Shown: piece after piece, positions 49,870-60,588 of the stretch | How the letters are laid out: each line of letters starts with the position of its first letter | Position numbering within the stretch: the stretch's first letter is position 1 | Assembly: GCA_003279705.1 (NCBI GenBank) | Contig: QCGZ01000002.1 | Span: forward strand, 3,620 to 67,619 | DNA length: 64,000 nt | Direction: 5' to 3' | Source of the DNA: OCS116 cluster bacterium AG-390-I16 | GTDB lineage: Bacteria > Pseudomonadota > Alphaproteobacteria > MED-G09 | Translations under genes and position numbers: made by a program | Notes under the pieces: model-generated | What the model saw: the letters and a program-made list of their open reading frames with translations, nothing else | Told to the model about the DNA's origin: nothing | The model's database searches: none

Positions 49870-49967
49870 AGCTCAAAATATATTAAATTTTAATAAAAAC
49901 AAATAAGATCTTAAATATTGCTGTTTTTAACGAATCAACAAGTAATTATAATTTTATGAGGTATTTT

Positions 49968-50351
49968 ATGGACGATCTTAATGGTACAGCTCTTTATGCT
50001 GGTATTCTTGGTATTATGGCTGTTGCATTAGCTTTAAATATAGCATTTAGAAGAATGGAAACTAAAACAGCAATTGGCGGCGAAGACGATATATTGGTTA
50101 AGAGATCAAGAGCTTTTGGAAATCTAGTAGAGCATACACCTTTAATGCTTATTCTTTTAATGCTAATGGAATACAAAGGAAGTGAGTTTTTTGTTCATCT
50201 TTTTGGAATTGGTTTTATTCTTTGCAGAGGATCACATGCATATGGAATAATTGCTAGAAACGGCTTAGGTCCTGACAATATTCCTAGAGCTGTAGGAGCA
50301 GTTGGAAGTTGGTCTTTAATGATTTTAGCTTCTTTAATGTGTATTTTTTAA
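49968..50351 (+). CDS. MAPEG family inner-membrane protein (YecN-like)
   Basis: About 127 aa with R...G.......R.FGN.VEH.P and CRG.H.YG, aligning to E. coli YecN from memory. Confidence 0.75.
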   Translation: MDDLNGTALYAGILGIMAVALALNIAFRRMETKTAIGGEDDILVKRSRAFGNLVEHTPLMLILLMLMEYKGSEFFVHLFGIGFILCRGSHAYGIIARNGLGPDNIPRAVGAVGSWSLMILASLMCIF

Positions 50352-50418
50352 TCATTATTTGACCGACTCATTAATAAAAGTGTAATTTTGTAGATATTAT
50401 AGTTTAAGGAGATTTTAA

Positions 50419-50868
50419 ATGTCTTTTTTTCGTACCTTTTTTGTTTTTATGTTAATTTTTTCACTTGCTTCATGCGCAGAAATTTCATCCTTAACCAATC
50501 CTGGAAGTTCAACAACTGTGTCTGAGGTTTCGGAGTTGAACGAACCCACGCAAGAAGATGTTTTAAATCAATTTAGCGATGTTGCTTTTCCTCCAGAAAC
50601 TTATTTAGATTTAACAAAGTCTGTGGTTGTAGGTAGTGATGAAAATTGGTTTGGTCAAATTTATTTTAACTCTGGATTAGATGCTAACTCAGTATTTAAT
50701 TACTTTAAAGAGCATATGCCTGATACAGGCTGGTTTTTAATAATGGAGCAGCAAGGAAATCAAGTTTTCTTGGTTTATGAAAAGGATTTAAGAACAGCGA
50801 TAATTAGTATTAGTAGGAAAAGATCAGGTGCTGATACAATATTAGCAGTAGCGCCTAGGGCTCAATAG
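50419..50868 (+). CDS. lipoprotein, unknown function
   Basis: 149 aa with signal peptide and lipobox LASC. Confidence 0.5.
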   Translation: MSFFRTFFVFMLIFSLASCAEISSLTNPGSSTTVSEVSELNEPTQEDVLNQFSDVAFPPETYLDLTKSVVVGSDENWFGQIYFNSGLDANSVFNYFKEHMPDTGWFLIMEQQGNQVFLVYEKDLRTAIISISRKRSGADTILAVAPRAQ

Positions 50869-51078
50869 TTACTCAAGAATTATTATTTCTTGATCTTCAT
50901 TAACGTTATCACCTTCTTTGATTAGAATATCCTTAACGACTCCTTTATATTTGGACTCGATAGGAATTTCCATTTTCATTGACTCCAAGATAACCACAAC
51001 ATCATCAATATGAACTTTTTGACCAATCTCAACATTGATTTTCCAAATCACAGCCTGTATTTCAGTTTTAATTTTCAT
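50869..51078 (-). CDS. stand-alone biotin/lipoyl attachment domain protein
   Basis: 69 aa with the ILESMKMEIPIES biotinyl-lysine motif, 4 nt downstream of the ABC ATPase gene. Confidence 0.8.
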   Translation of the reverse strand: MKIKTEIQAVIWKINVEIGQKVHIDDVVVILESMKMEIPIESKYKGVVKDILIKEGDNVNEDQEIIILE

Positions 51079-51082
51079 TTTC

Positions 51083-51889
51083 TTATTTTAGAGGAATAGG
51101 GGAAGGAACTGAAGAAATTAATTTTTTTGTATAAACACTTTGTGGGTTTTTAAATAAATTAATTGTATTGTCGCTCTCAATAATATTTCCATCCTTTAAA
51201 ACAATTACTCTATCACAAATTGACTTAATAATGGAAAGATCATGACTAACAAAAATAATAGTTAATTTATACTTATCTTTGAGAATTTTTATTAAATCCA
51301 GTATCTGTGCTTGTATTGACAAATCTAAAGCTGATACTGGTTCATCACATATCAAAACAGATGGTTTATTTATTAATGATCTAGCTATACCGACTCTTTG
51401 ACACTGGCCCCCTGATAATTCATGAGGATAACGATTAAATAATTCATTTGATAAACCAACATCCTTCATAGCCGTTATAACAAGTTCTTCTTTTTCTTTG
51501 GTTTTCAAATTTTTTCTATAAATATCTAATGGTTCAGAAATTATTTTACCAATTGTCATGCGCGGATCTAAACTGCCGTAGGGATCTTGAAAAATAATCT
51601 GTACTGATTTTCTGAAGTTTTTTAATTCATAAGAATTGAGGCTATGAATATCTTTATTAAACCAGCTTATAGATCCGGATGTTTTATTTATTAATTTTAA
51701 AATAAGCCTGCATACACTAGATTTTCCAGAGCCAGACTCCCCAACAATACCCAGTGTTTCACCACTAAAAAGAGAAAAACTAATATTATCAACTGCTTTA
51801 ATAAGAATTGGAGATTTAAATAAACCTCTTGAAAGTTTAAAATGTAAGTTTAAGTGATCTACTTGAAGAATTTTATCTTTATTTTCCAT
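51083..51889 (-). CDS. peptide/nickel-type ABC transporter ATP-binding protein (DppF/OppF-like)
   Basis: GESGSGKS Walker A, LSGGQCQR signature, Walker B LICDEP. Confidence 0.9.
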   Translation of the reverse strand: MENKDKILQVDHLNLHFKLSRGLFKSPILIKAVDNISFSLFSGETLGIVGESGSGKSSVCRLILKLINKTSGSISWFNKDIHSLNSYELKNFRKSVQIIFQDPYGSLDPRMTIGKIISEPLDIYRKNLKTKEKEELVITAMKDVGLSNELFNRYPHELSGGQCQRVGIARSLINKPSVLICDEPVSALDLSIQAQILDLIKILKDKYKLTIIFVSHDLSIIKSICDRVIVLKDGNIIESDNTINLFKNPQSVYTKKLISSVPSPIPLK

Positions 51890-52711
51890 TTAATTACCTA
51901 TCCAAGGGGGAATACAAGACAGTAAATGTTTAGTATATTCATTTTTCGGTTTAGTTAAGACTTTAGCAGTTTCTCCACTTTCTAAAATCTGACCATCTTT
52001 CATTACTAATACTTCATTTGATGTTTCAGCTATAACGCCTATATTGTGTGATATTAATACCAGCCCTATATTAAAATTATTTTTTAAATCATTGAATATA
52101 TTAAGTATTTCTGCTTGTGTAGTTACATCAAGGGCAGTTGTTGGTTCATCTGCGATTATAAGATCTGGTTCACACATTAATGATATTGCTATCATAATTC
52201 TTTGTTTCATTCCTCCTGATAATTCATGAGGATAAGAATTAATAATATCTCTGTTAGATGGTAATTTGACAATATCCATTACTTCAATTGCTTTTTTTAA
52301 AGCTTTATTTTTATTAATTTTTTTATGATAAATAGCTATTTCAGCTAATTGATCACCAATATTTAAATGAGGTGTTAGACTTGTCATTGGATCTTGAAAA
52401 ATAAAACCTATTGATTTTCCAAGAAAACCTCTTCTTGTTTCATCGTCGCATGTTATTAAATTAGTATCTTTAAAAAATGCCTCTCCCTCAACATAGCCAT
52501 TATTTGCCAGTAAACCTGTTATTGAGAAAAAAGTCTGAGTTTTACCGGAACCAGATTCACCAACAACTCCAAGACATGTTCCTTTTTTTAAATTAAAATT
52601 TGCATCTTTTACAACGTGAGATATACCCTCCGGGGTTTTAAAAAATACATTAAGATTATGAATATTTAACAATAAATTATTGTTTTTAATATTCTTTTGG
52701 GTCAATTGCAT
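51890..52711 (-). CDS. peptide/nickel-type ABC transporter ATP-binding protein (DppD/OppD-like)
   Basis: GESGSGKT, LSGGMKQR and IADEPTTALD motifs. Confidence 0.9.
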   Translation of the reverse strand: MQLTQKNIKNNNLLLNIHNLNVFFKTPEGISHVVKDANFNLKKGTCLGVVGESGSGKTQTFFSITGLLANNGYVEGEAFFKDTNLITCDDETRRGFLGKSIGFIFQDPMTSLTPHLNIGDQLAEIAIYHKKINKNKALKKAIEVMDIVKLPSNRDIINSYPHELSGGMKQRIMIAISLMCEPDLIIADEPTTALDVTTQAEILNIFNDLKNNFNIGLVLISHNIGVIAETSNEVLVMKDGQILESGETAKVLTKPKNEYTKHLLSCIPPWIGN

Positions 52712-53579
52712 CTCTCAATCCATCTCCTATAAAATTTAATGAAGCTAATGTAATTGTCATAAATAAACCTGGAAAAATTAATAACCACCAAGCGGTTTCC
52801 ATTTCCCTGGAACCCTCTGAAATTAAAACACCCCAGGATGTTAATGGTTCCTGAACACCTAAGCCAAGAAACGATAAAAAACTCTCTAAAATAATTACAG
52901 ATGGTACCATAAGGGTAATGTATACAATTATAGGACCAGCTAAATTTGGTATTATATGCTTCCATATAATCATAAAGTTAGTTTGGCCAAGTGCTTTACT
53001 TGTTTCAATAAATTCTTTTTCTTTTAATGATATAGTCTGTCCTCTTACTATTCTTGCCATTGTTAACCATTCAACAGCACCTATAGCAATAAAAAGAAAA
53101 TAAATATTTCTTCCAAACACTACCATTAGAATAATAACAAAAATTAAATAAGGCATTGCATATAAAATTTCGACAACTCTCATCATAAATATGTCTAATT
53201 TTCCACCAAAATATCCCGCGATAGTACCGTAAATAACACCGATAAACACACTAACAAGTGTTGCTAAAACTCCGATACTTAAGCTTAATCTTCCTCCATA
53301 TAAAATCCTTACCAATAAATCCCTTCCGTTTCCGTCAGTTCCGAGAAAATGTCCATTGATGAGGCTAGGGGGGTAATATATTGAATTCCAATCAGTATCA
53401 CTAAAGCTATATTTTAAGAAAAAAGGACCAAAAAAAGATAAAAAAGCTACAAAAAAAAGTAAAATTAAAGAAACAACCGCAGCTTTGTTTTGAAACAACC
53501 TTCTTCTGGCATCAACCCAAAGAGATCTTCCTTTAATATTTGAGTAATCTTCGACTATTTTTATATTATTTCTATTCAT
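52686..53579 (-). CDS. peptide/nickel-type ABC transporter permease (DppC/OppC-like)
   Basis: 297 aa with six TM segments, the N-terminal OppC_N-like segment and an EAA loop (ETSKALG). Confidence 0.88.
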   Translation of the reverse strand: MNRNNIKIVEDYSNIKGRSLWVDARRRLFQNKAAVVSLILLFFVAFLSFFGPFFLKYSFSDTDWNSIYYPPSLINGHFLGTDGNGRDLLVRILYGGRLSLSIGVLATLVSVFIGVIYGTIAGYFGGKLDIFMMRVVEILYAMPYLIFVIILMVVFGRNIYFLFIAIGAVEWLTMARIVRGQTISLKEKEFIETSKALGQTNFMIIWKHIIPNLAGPIIVYITLMVPSVIILESFLSFLGLGVQEPLTSWGVLISEGSREMETAWWLLIFPGLFMTITLASLNFIGDGLRDAIDPKEY

Positions 53580-53583
53580 AGTC

Positions 53584-54516
53584 TTAAATTTTGACCCTGG
53601 GATCTAAAATTGCTCTAATAATATCAGTAATTAATATTAAAAATATCAACAAGGAAGCGTATAAAATTAAAACTCCACTTACTAATGTATAATCCCTCTG
53701 TAATGCACCCACAACGAAATATCTTCCTATTCCGGGTAAACCAAAAATTTGTTCGATTATTATTGATCCAGTCATTAAACCTGCTGAAGCAGGAGCCAAA
53801 TACTCAATAATTGGTAAAATTGAGGCTCTAATTACATGTTTTCTTATAATATATGATTGATTTAAGCCTTTTGACTTAGCTGTTCGTATAAAGTTTGAAT
53901 TCAATACTTCAATAGTACTTGCTCTCATCATCCTAGAAATTACTGCGATTTGAGGTAATGATAATGCTGTTATTGGTAAAATAAGATTCAATATATTGCC
54001 ATTATTCCAACCAGATGTTGGTAAAATTCCCAAATATAGACTAAAAAACAACGATAATAGCGGTGCCATTACAAAGCTAGGTACACATATACCGACTAAA
54101 GAAACACCCATAACTGAATAGTCAAAGACAGTATTTCTGTTAATAGCGGCAATTATTCCTAAAAATGATCCTATAAATAATGAAATTATTATCGAGGATA
54201 AGCCTAAAGTAACACTTACTGGTAATCCATTTAGAATTAACTCCTTTACAGAGAAGTCCTTATATTTAAAAGAGGGGCCAAAATCACCTTTTGTTAAGTT
54301 TTTAATATAGATATAAAATTGTTCATAAACAGGTTTATCAAGATTATAAGCTGCTTTAATATTTCTCTCTATTTCTGGTGGCAATGCTCTTTCATTTGTA
54401 AATGGTCCACCTGGTGCAACTCTCATCATAGAAAAGCTAAAAGCAACTATAATTAGAAGAGTAGGTATAGCTATAAGTATTCTTTTCGTTATAAATTTAA
54501 TCATAGTAATGCGCAT
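53584..54516 (-). CDS. peptide/nickel-type ABC transporter permease (DppB/OppB-like)
   Basis: 310 aa with the IAIPTLL N-terminus, EAA loop FIRTAKSKGL and a C-terminal DPR. Confidence 0.88.
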   Translation of the reverse strand: MRITMIKFITKRILIAIPTLLIIVAFSFSMMRVAPGGPFTNERALPPEIERNIKAAYNLDKPVYEQFYIYIKNLTKGDFGPSFKYKDFSVKELILNGLPVSVTLGLSSIIISLFIGSFLGIIAAINRNTVFDYSVMGVSLVGICVPSFVMAPLLSLFFSLYLGILPTSGWNNGNILNLILPITALSLPQIAVISRMMRASTIEVLNSNFIRTAKSKGLNQSYIIRKHVIRASILPIIEYLAPASAGLMTGSIIIEQIFGLPGIGRYFVVGALQRDYTLVSGVLILYASLLIFLILITDIIRAILDPRVKI

Positions 54517-54543
54517 AATATATATTATGTATAAATAATATAT

Positions 54544-55353
54544 CTAAAGATCTACCTCAAAAGTTAAATTATCAAAAGCTGGTTCAATATGATTGGGTAA
54601 TGTTTCTTTTAAATCATTATAATCAAGATCAATATGAAGGTTTGTAAGTATTCCTCTCTTAACATTAAGGTTACTTATCCACTCTAACGTAAGGTCTAAA
54701 TGAGCATGTGTTGGATGAGGATCATATCTTAATGCATCAACAATCCAATAATCTAAATTTTGTAGCACATCAAAACTTTCAGGATAAAAATCTACAACAT
54801 CACTTGAATAAGCAATATTATTAAATTTAAACCCTAAAGAATCAATTTTTCCGTGTTTTTGGAGGAATGGAAGAAATTTAATATCTCCACCAGGTCCATT
54901 TATTGTAAAGTCCTCAAACGGAATAATAGTATTTTTTTCCAAAATTGCCGGATAAACCTTATCTTCAAGAGTATTAAAGCAATAACTAAATCTAGGTATT
55001 AGCCTAGATGCAGTTTCATTATCTATGTAAACTTGAACTCTTTTTCTTTTTCTAAGAGCAAAGATCCTTAGATCATCAATACCACCTGATTGATCAGCAT
55101 GATCATGAGTATACAATACTGCATCAATCTGTTTTACATTGGTTTTTAACAATTGATTTCTTAAATCTGGAGAAGTATCAATTAAAACAGTGGTAACATC
55201 GCCCAAATCATTAAATTTTTGAACTAATAAAGAGCATCTAGATCTTAAATTTTTTGGTTCATCTGGATTACAATTTCCCCAGTCACCATCTATCCTTGGA
55301 ACACCTCCAGATGAGCCACAGCCTAGAACGGTTACTATAATTTTATTGTTCAT
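54544..55353 (-). CDS. MBL-fold metallo-hydrolase (PhnP-like)
   Basis: LGCGSSGGVP and the YTHDHADQSGG (HxHxDH) motif. ATG at 55353 preferred; the ORF-track start at 55386 lies 44 nt inside tatD. Confidence 0.8.
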   Translation of the reverse strand: MNNKIIVTVLGCGSSGGVPRIDGDWGNCNPDEPKNLRSRCSLLVQKFNDLGDVTTVLIDTSPDLRNQLLKTNVKQIDAVLYTHDHADQSGGIDDLRIFALRKRKRVQVYIDNETASRLIPRFSYCFNTLEDKVYPAILEKNTIIPFEDFTINGPGGDIKFLPFLQKHGKIDSLGFKFNNIAYSSDVVDFYPESFDVLQNLDYWIVDALRYDPHPTHAHLDLTLEWISNLNVKRGILTNLHIDLDYNDLKETLPNHIEPAFDNLTFEVDL

Positions 55354-56152
55354 TAAGAGGCCTTTTTGCTTTTTTAAAAATTTCAAAGAAATTATTTGTT
55401 GTTAATGCAAAAAACTCATCTTCATCTATATTATAAAAGTTTGCTAAATATTTTGCTGTATGAACCACATGTGAGGGTTCGTTTCTTTTTCCTCTCATAG
55501 GCTCAGGTGATAAATATGGAGAGTCAGTTTCAACTATCAGCCTTTCTAATGGAATATTTCTGATAGTTTCTCTTAATTTTTCAGCATTTTTGAATGTTAC
55601 TATTCCTGATAAAGATATATAAAAGTCTAGATCGATAACACGTCTTGCTAAATCTTCACCCGCAGTAAAGCAATGAATAATTCCCGGAAATTTACCTTTT
55701 TTAGTCTCTTGTTCCAAAATAGAGCATGTTTCATCGTCAGCATCACGAGTATGAATAATGATTGGAAGTTGAGTATTTCTAGAGACATTTATATGTTTTT
55801 TAAAACTTTTAATCTGATCTTCTTTTTTAGAATTTTCATAGTAAAAATCGAGACCTGTCTCCCCTATTCCAATTACATTTGAATTTTTAGATTTTTTTTC
55901 AAGAAAACCTTCATCTACTTGATTATCTATATTAGTTGAGTGGGGATGAATGCCTACAGTACAATAAATGTTATCATATTTTTCAGATATATTAATAATT
56001 TTATCAATTTCATCTAATTCAGTTGAAATTGAAACCATTACCCTTACATTTGATTCTTCCGCTCTTAATAAGACTTTTTCAAAGTCATCATTAAAGTCTT
56101 TAAAATTCAAATGACAATGACTGTCTACTAAATATGATGATTTTATTTCCAT
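55343..56152 (-). CDS. tatD: TatD-family metal-dependent hydrolase
   Basis: 269 aa with DSHCHL, GETGLD, IIHTRDA and ETDSPYL motifs. Confidence 0.92.
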   Translation of the reverse strand: MEIKSSYLVDSHCHLNFKDFNDDFEKVLLRAEESNVRVMVSISTELDEIDKIINISEKYDNIYCTVGIHPHSTNIDNQVDEGFLEKKSKNSNVIGIGETGLDFYYENSKKEDQIKSFKKHINVSRNTQLPIIIHTRDADDETCSILEQETKKGKFPGIIHCFTAGEDLARRVIDLDFYISLSGIVTFKNAEKLRETIRNIPLERLIVETDSPYLSPEPMRGKRNEPSHVVHTAKYLANFYNIDEDEFFALTTNNFFEIFKKAKRPLNEQ

Positions 56153-56217
56153 TATAGACAGTTATGCCTTTAGATTTTAGAATAAGCAAGATTAAGCTAC
56201 AAAATTAAGAGAAAATA

Positions 56218-56844
56218 ATGATAAAAATTGATGTTATTTCAGATACTATTTGTCCATGGTGCTATATCGGAAAAAGAAACTTTGATAAAGCGTTAAGTCT
56301 TGTTCCGGATGTAAAGGTAAAATTTACATACTCAACATTTCAATTGAACCCAGATTTTCCAAAAGAAGGTGTTAATAGGAGAGAATATATATCAAGAAAA
56401 TTTAACGAAGATCATCATAGTAGTATGAAGGAAAGAATTAAAAGCGAAGCCTTAAAATCAGGAATATCTATAACAAACAATAAGTTAAGTATAATTCCTA
56501 ATACTTTTAATAGTCATAAATTAATTTTTTGGTCTAAAGAATATGACTGTCATACAGAAGTGGTTGAAAATCTATTTAAGGCATATTTTGAAAAATCTAA
56601 GGATATAAGTAATATTGATATACTAATAGAAATCGCTGAAGAATCAGGTTTAGACAAAGAAATAATTAGAAAGAAATTTTTAGAAAACGAAGATAATGAA
56701 AATGTAACTGAAGAAGAGAGAAAAAATAGAGAAAATGGAGTTATGGGTGTTCCAACTTACATAATAAATGATGGAATTACTCTTACAGGATCTCAACCAG
56801 TTGACTCATTGGTTAAACTTTTAAAACATATAAATTCTAATTAG
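56218..56844 (+). CDS. DsbA-family (FrnE/HCCA isomerase-like) thiol oxidoreductase
   Basis: DTICPWCYIGK active-site region and GVPTYII near the C-terminus. Confidence 0.8.
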   Translation: MIKIDVISDTICPWCYIGKRNFDKALSLVPDVKVKFTYSTFQLNPDFPKEGVNRREYISRKFNEDHHSSMKERIKSEALKSGISITNNKLSIIPNTFNSHKLIFWSKEYDCHTEVVENLFKAYFEKSKDISNIDILIEIAEESGLDKEIIRKKFLENEDNENVTEEERKNRENGVMGVPTYIINDGITLTGSQPVDSLVKLLKHINSN

Positions 56845-59800
56845 CTTTCAATCATTTTCAGAAAATCGATAACTACGGATTTAATATAATCAATTATATT
56901 TTCCTTTTCTTGATTAAACTTAACAAATAATCTTTGATCTGGCCTAATACTTATATAATTCTTATTACTATTAATATATTTAACAAGCTCTGTAGGATTA
57001 GAAAAAGTATTGTTCTTAAAAGAAATTAAAAAACCACTTTTTCCGCAATCAATCTTTTCTATATTTGTTTTTTTACACAAATTTTTCAAACCTATTGTAT
57101 CGATTAATGTTTCAACTTCCCTAGGAAGGCTTCCAAATCTATCAATTAATTCTGCAGCAATTTCATCTGTTTCTTCCTCTAAAGAAATTGATGATAACCT
57201 TTTATATATTTCCATCCTTATAGTTAAATCTGATATGTAATCTTCAGGTATCAAAACAGATAAAGGCAGTGATATCTTTGGTGACCATTGATTATTATTA
57301 ATTTTTTGATTTGTATTTTTTAACTCTTCAATAGTTTCCTCAAGCATATTTTGGTATAGCTCAATACCAACCTCCTTTATTTGTCCTGATTGTTCTTCAC
57401 CAAGTAAATTACCAGATCCACGTATCTCAAGATCGTAACTTGCCAGATTGAAACCAGCCCCCAGTGAATCAAGAGATTGAAGAACCTCAAGTCTTTTTAG
57501 GGCTTTCTTTCCAAGTTTTTTATGTTCTTTATAGGTAAGGTAAGCATAAGCCTTTACTTTTGATCGTCCTACCCTGCCCCTTATTTGGTATAATTGAGAC
57601 AAACCAAACATATCTGATCTATGTATTATCAATGTGTTAGCATTTGGAATATCTAAGCCAGATTCAATAATTGTTGTTGAAATTAAAACGTCATATGAAC
57701 CCATATAAAAATCATTAATTCTGTCCTCTATTTGTTTTGAAGGCATCTGACCATGAACAGTTATATAATTAATCTCAGGAACAAATTCTTTTAAATATTC
57801 CTCAATATCCTCAATATCAGAAATTCTTGGAACAACATAAAAGCTCTGACCTCCCCTATATCGTTCTCTTAATAATGCCTCCTTAACTACCAAAGGATCG
57901 TTTGGAAAAACATAAGTCTCTATAGCTCTTCTATCAATTGGTGGCGAAGCAATTATTGATAGATCCCTTACACCTGTCATAGCTAATTGAAGAGTTCTTG
58001 GAATAGGTGTTGCTGTTAATGTAAGAACATGAATGTTATCTCTTAGTTTTTTAATTTTTTCCTTATGCTTGACACCAAAATGTTGTTCCTCATCAATAAT
58101 CAAAAGACCCAAATCATTAAAACTAATTTTTTCACTTAATAAAGAATGTGTACCTATTACTATGTCACAGGATCCAGAGTTAATTCCTTTAATTACACTT
58201 TCTTTTTTTGGGGTTAATCTAGATAATTCTGAAATATTAATTGGAAAACCCTTGAATCTATCTTTAAATGTTTCAAAATGTTGTCTTGCTAGTAAGGTAG
58301 TAGGAGTTAATAAAGAAACTTGTTTCCCGCTCATAGCGGCTAAAAATGAAGCTCTAAGAGCAACCTCAGTTTTCCCAAAACCTACATCCCCACAAATTAA
58401 TCTATCCATTGGAAGTCCCTTTTCAAGATCATTTTGAACATCATTTATTGCATTTAATTGATCATTTGTTTCCTCAAATGAGAATCTTGAACAAAATTCC
58501 TCATAAAAGTCTTCTGGAACATTTAACATTTCAGCCTTAGACAGCTGACGTTTGGCAGCGACTGAAATAAGCTCTTCTGCTAAAAATTTTATTTTCTTCT
58601 TTAAATTTTCTTTTCTTGCTGTCCAAGATAAACCACCAAGTTTATCAAGCATTTGATCTGATATTTCGGATCCATATCTTGATAAAACTTCGATATTTTC
58701 AACTGGAAGATATAATTTATCATCATTGGCATACTTAATTAAAAGGCATTCATGCTTTGCATTATTAATTTCAAGTGTTGATAAATTTTGAAATCTTCCT
58801 ATTCCATGATCAACATGAACAACAGCATCACCAGGCATTACACTAGATATTTCTCTAATAAAATTTTCTGCTTTTCTAATAATGCGTGGTCTATAAAATT
58901 TTTCACCAAAAATATCTTGCTCAGAAATAAAGATATAATCTTCAAAATGAAATCCGTTATTTAAATTCAAAACGGTTATGTAGATATTACCTTGATTAAT
59001 ATCATTGAAGGAATCTAAGTTTTCTAGATGATTTAAAACACCATTATTAATTAATATTTTGGCAACTCTTTCACTTGAGCCAACACTTGAGCAGGCAAAG
59101 ATAATTTTTTTGTTTTCTCTAATATAACTATCAATATCCTTTTTTAACTCTTTATAACTTGAGGAGTCATTTCTTTGTGATTTAATATTGGAATATTTTG
59201 AAGAAACTTTTCCACTTAAGTTTATTGCTTTTGGCTTCTTAAAAGGACTAATTTGAAAACAGTTTTTTGAATCTAAGTTTTTTTCATATTCCTCTTTTTC
59301 TTGATAAAGGTATGAAGGTTCAATAGAAAAATATTTATTTTCAATCTTTGACAATTTATTTTCATCATATTCTTTTCTAGATTGAAAATGATCAGTAACT
59401 GTTACAAGAAAATCCTCTAATGAATTTTCATAAAGATGATCTAATATGATTACTGGATCATTAGTGTAGTCAAAAATTGTATTAGTTTTATCATAAAAAA
59501 AAGGAAGCCAATGCTCCATACCAGGGTAGGAAATTCCTTCAGAAATACTTTCGTAAATTTTAATTTTTTCTTTTTGAGATCCGAATTTTTTATTAAAATT
59601 AATTCTAAAATTTTCTATAGTCTTGTCATTGAGAACAATTTCTGAGGCCGGATAAATTAAAACCTCTTTTAATAACTCGATAGATCTCTGTGAAATTAAG
59701 TCAAAGGATTTTATAGACTCTATATTATTACCAAATAGGTCTAGCCTTATAGGGTTATTTAAAGGTGAAAAAAAATCAATTATTCCCCCTCTTATAGAAA

Positions 59801-60299
59801 ATTCACCATGTTCTCTAACAGTTGAGGTTTTTGTATAACCATTATTTACAAAGAAACTTAATAAATTGTCTATATCCACAATCTCGCCAGGTTTTAATGA
59901 AATGAATTTATTTTTAATTTCATTTATTGATAATGTTCTTTGGCATGAGGCCTGAATAGTAGTTAAAATAATCTTATTTTTGCACTCTCCATTTGATAGG
60001 ATAGATAGGGTCTCTAAACGTTTAGAAGTAATTAATTTATTTGGAGAAATTCTATCATATGGAACGCAATCCCACTGAGGGTAAAATAAAACATCATTAT
60101 TTACAAAATAATCGAGTCCATCTTTAATTTGCTGATATCTTTTTAAGTCCCTAGCTATAATAAAAATATTATTATCTATATTCTTAGATATTTCATTAAT
60201 CAGTAATGATTCTGAGCCCTCAGGAACCTCACCAAAATGAGAGATATTATTAAGATTAGAATAAAATTCCTTTGAAAGAATTTCTTTTAAATTATTCAT
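56841..60299 (-). CDS. mfd: transcription-repair coupling factor
   Basis: 1152 aa with a UvrB-homology N-terminus, a CarD-like domain, an SF2 helicase core (GDVGFGKTEV, DEEQHFG, QLRGRVGRS) and a TRCF C-terminal domain. Confidence 0.97.
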   Translation of the reverse strand: MNNLKEILSKEFYSNLNNISHFGEVPEGSESLLINEISKNIDNNIFIIARDLKRYQQIKDGLDYFVNNDVLFYPQWDCVPYDRISPNKLITSKRLETLSILSNGECKNKIILTTIQASCQRTLSINEIKNKFISLKPGEIVDIDNLLSFFVNNGYTKTSTVREHGEFSIRGGIIDFFSPLNNPIRLDLFGNNIESIKSFDLISQRSIELLKEVLIYPASEIVLNDKTIENFRINFNKKFGSQKEKIKIYESISEGISYPGMEHWLPFFYDKTNTIFDYTNDPVIILDHLYENSLEDFLVTVTDHFQSRKEYDENKLSKIENKYFSIEPSYLYQEKEEYEKNLDSKNCFQISPFKKPKAINLSGKVSSKYSNIKSQRNDSSSYKELKKDIDSYIRENKKIIFACSSVGSSERVAKILINNGVLNHLENLDSFNDINQGNIYITVLNLNNGFHFEDYIFISEQDIFGEKFYRPRIIRKAENFIREISSVMPGDAVVHVDHGIGRFQNLSTLEINNAKHECLLIKYANDDKLYLPVENIEVLSRYGSEISDQMLDKLGGLSWTARKENLKKKIKFLAEELISVAAKRQLSKAEMLNVPEDFYEEFCSRFSFEETNDQLNAINDVQNDLEKGLPMDRLICGDVGFGKTEVALRASFLAAMSGKQVSLLTPTTLLARQHFETFKDRFKGFPINISELSRLTPKKESVIKGINSGSCDIVIGTHSLLSEKISFNDLGLLIIDEEQHFGVKHKEKIKKLRDNIHVLTLTATPIPRTLQLAMTGVRDLSIIASPPIDRRAIETYVFPNDPLVVKEALLRERYRGGQSFYVVPRISDIEDIEEYLKEFVPEINYITVHGQMPSKQIEDRINDFYMGSYDVLISTTIIESGLDIPNANTLIIHRSDMFGLSQLYQIRGRVGRSKVKAYAYLTYKEHKKLGKKALKRLEVLQSLDSLGAGFNLASYDLEIRGSGNLLGEEQSGQIKEVGIELYQNMLEETIEELKNTNQKINNNQWSPKISLPLSVLIPEDYISDLTIRMEIYKRLSSISLEEETDEIAAELIDRFGSLPREVETLIDTIGLKNLCKKTNIEKIDCGKSGFLISFKNNTFSNPTELVKYINSNKNYISIRPDQRLFVKFNQEKENIIDYIKSVVIDFLKMIES

Positions 60300-60306
60300 T
60301 TTTGAC

Positions 60307-60567
60307 CTAAGAATTTGTTTTAAGAATTATATCTTCAATTAAATCTCTAAATTCCTCAGGGAAAGCCTTTTCTTCAGAAATTAACCATTTATACAAATCA
60401 GGATCAGATAAATTCAAAAAGCTTTGGAAATGCAACAACTCATCATATGACATATTTGATAAATTATTATCAGCATAAGTCCCTAAAACAAGATCCATTT
60501 CTTTTGTTCCGCGATGCCAAGAGCGAAATAAAATTTTTTTTCTAATTATTTCTGTGTTTTTTTCCAT
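60307..60567 (-). CDS. sdhE: FAD assembly factor SdhE (succinate dehydrogenase assembly factor 2)
   Basis: 86 aa with RSWHRGTKEMDLVLG (RG.KE.D motif), in the conserved position upstream of mfd. Confidence 0.85.
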   Translation of the reverse strand: MEKNTEIIRKKILFRSWHRGTKEMDLVLGTYADNNLSNMSYDELLHFQSFLNLSDPDLYKWLISEEKAFPEEFRDLIEDIILKTNS

Positions 60568-60588
60568 AATTTGTACTTTAATAGAGTA

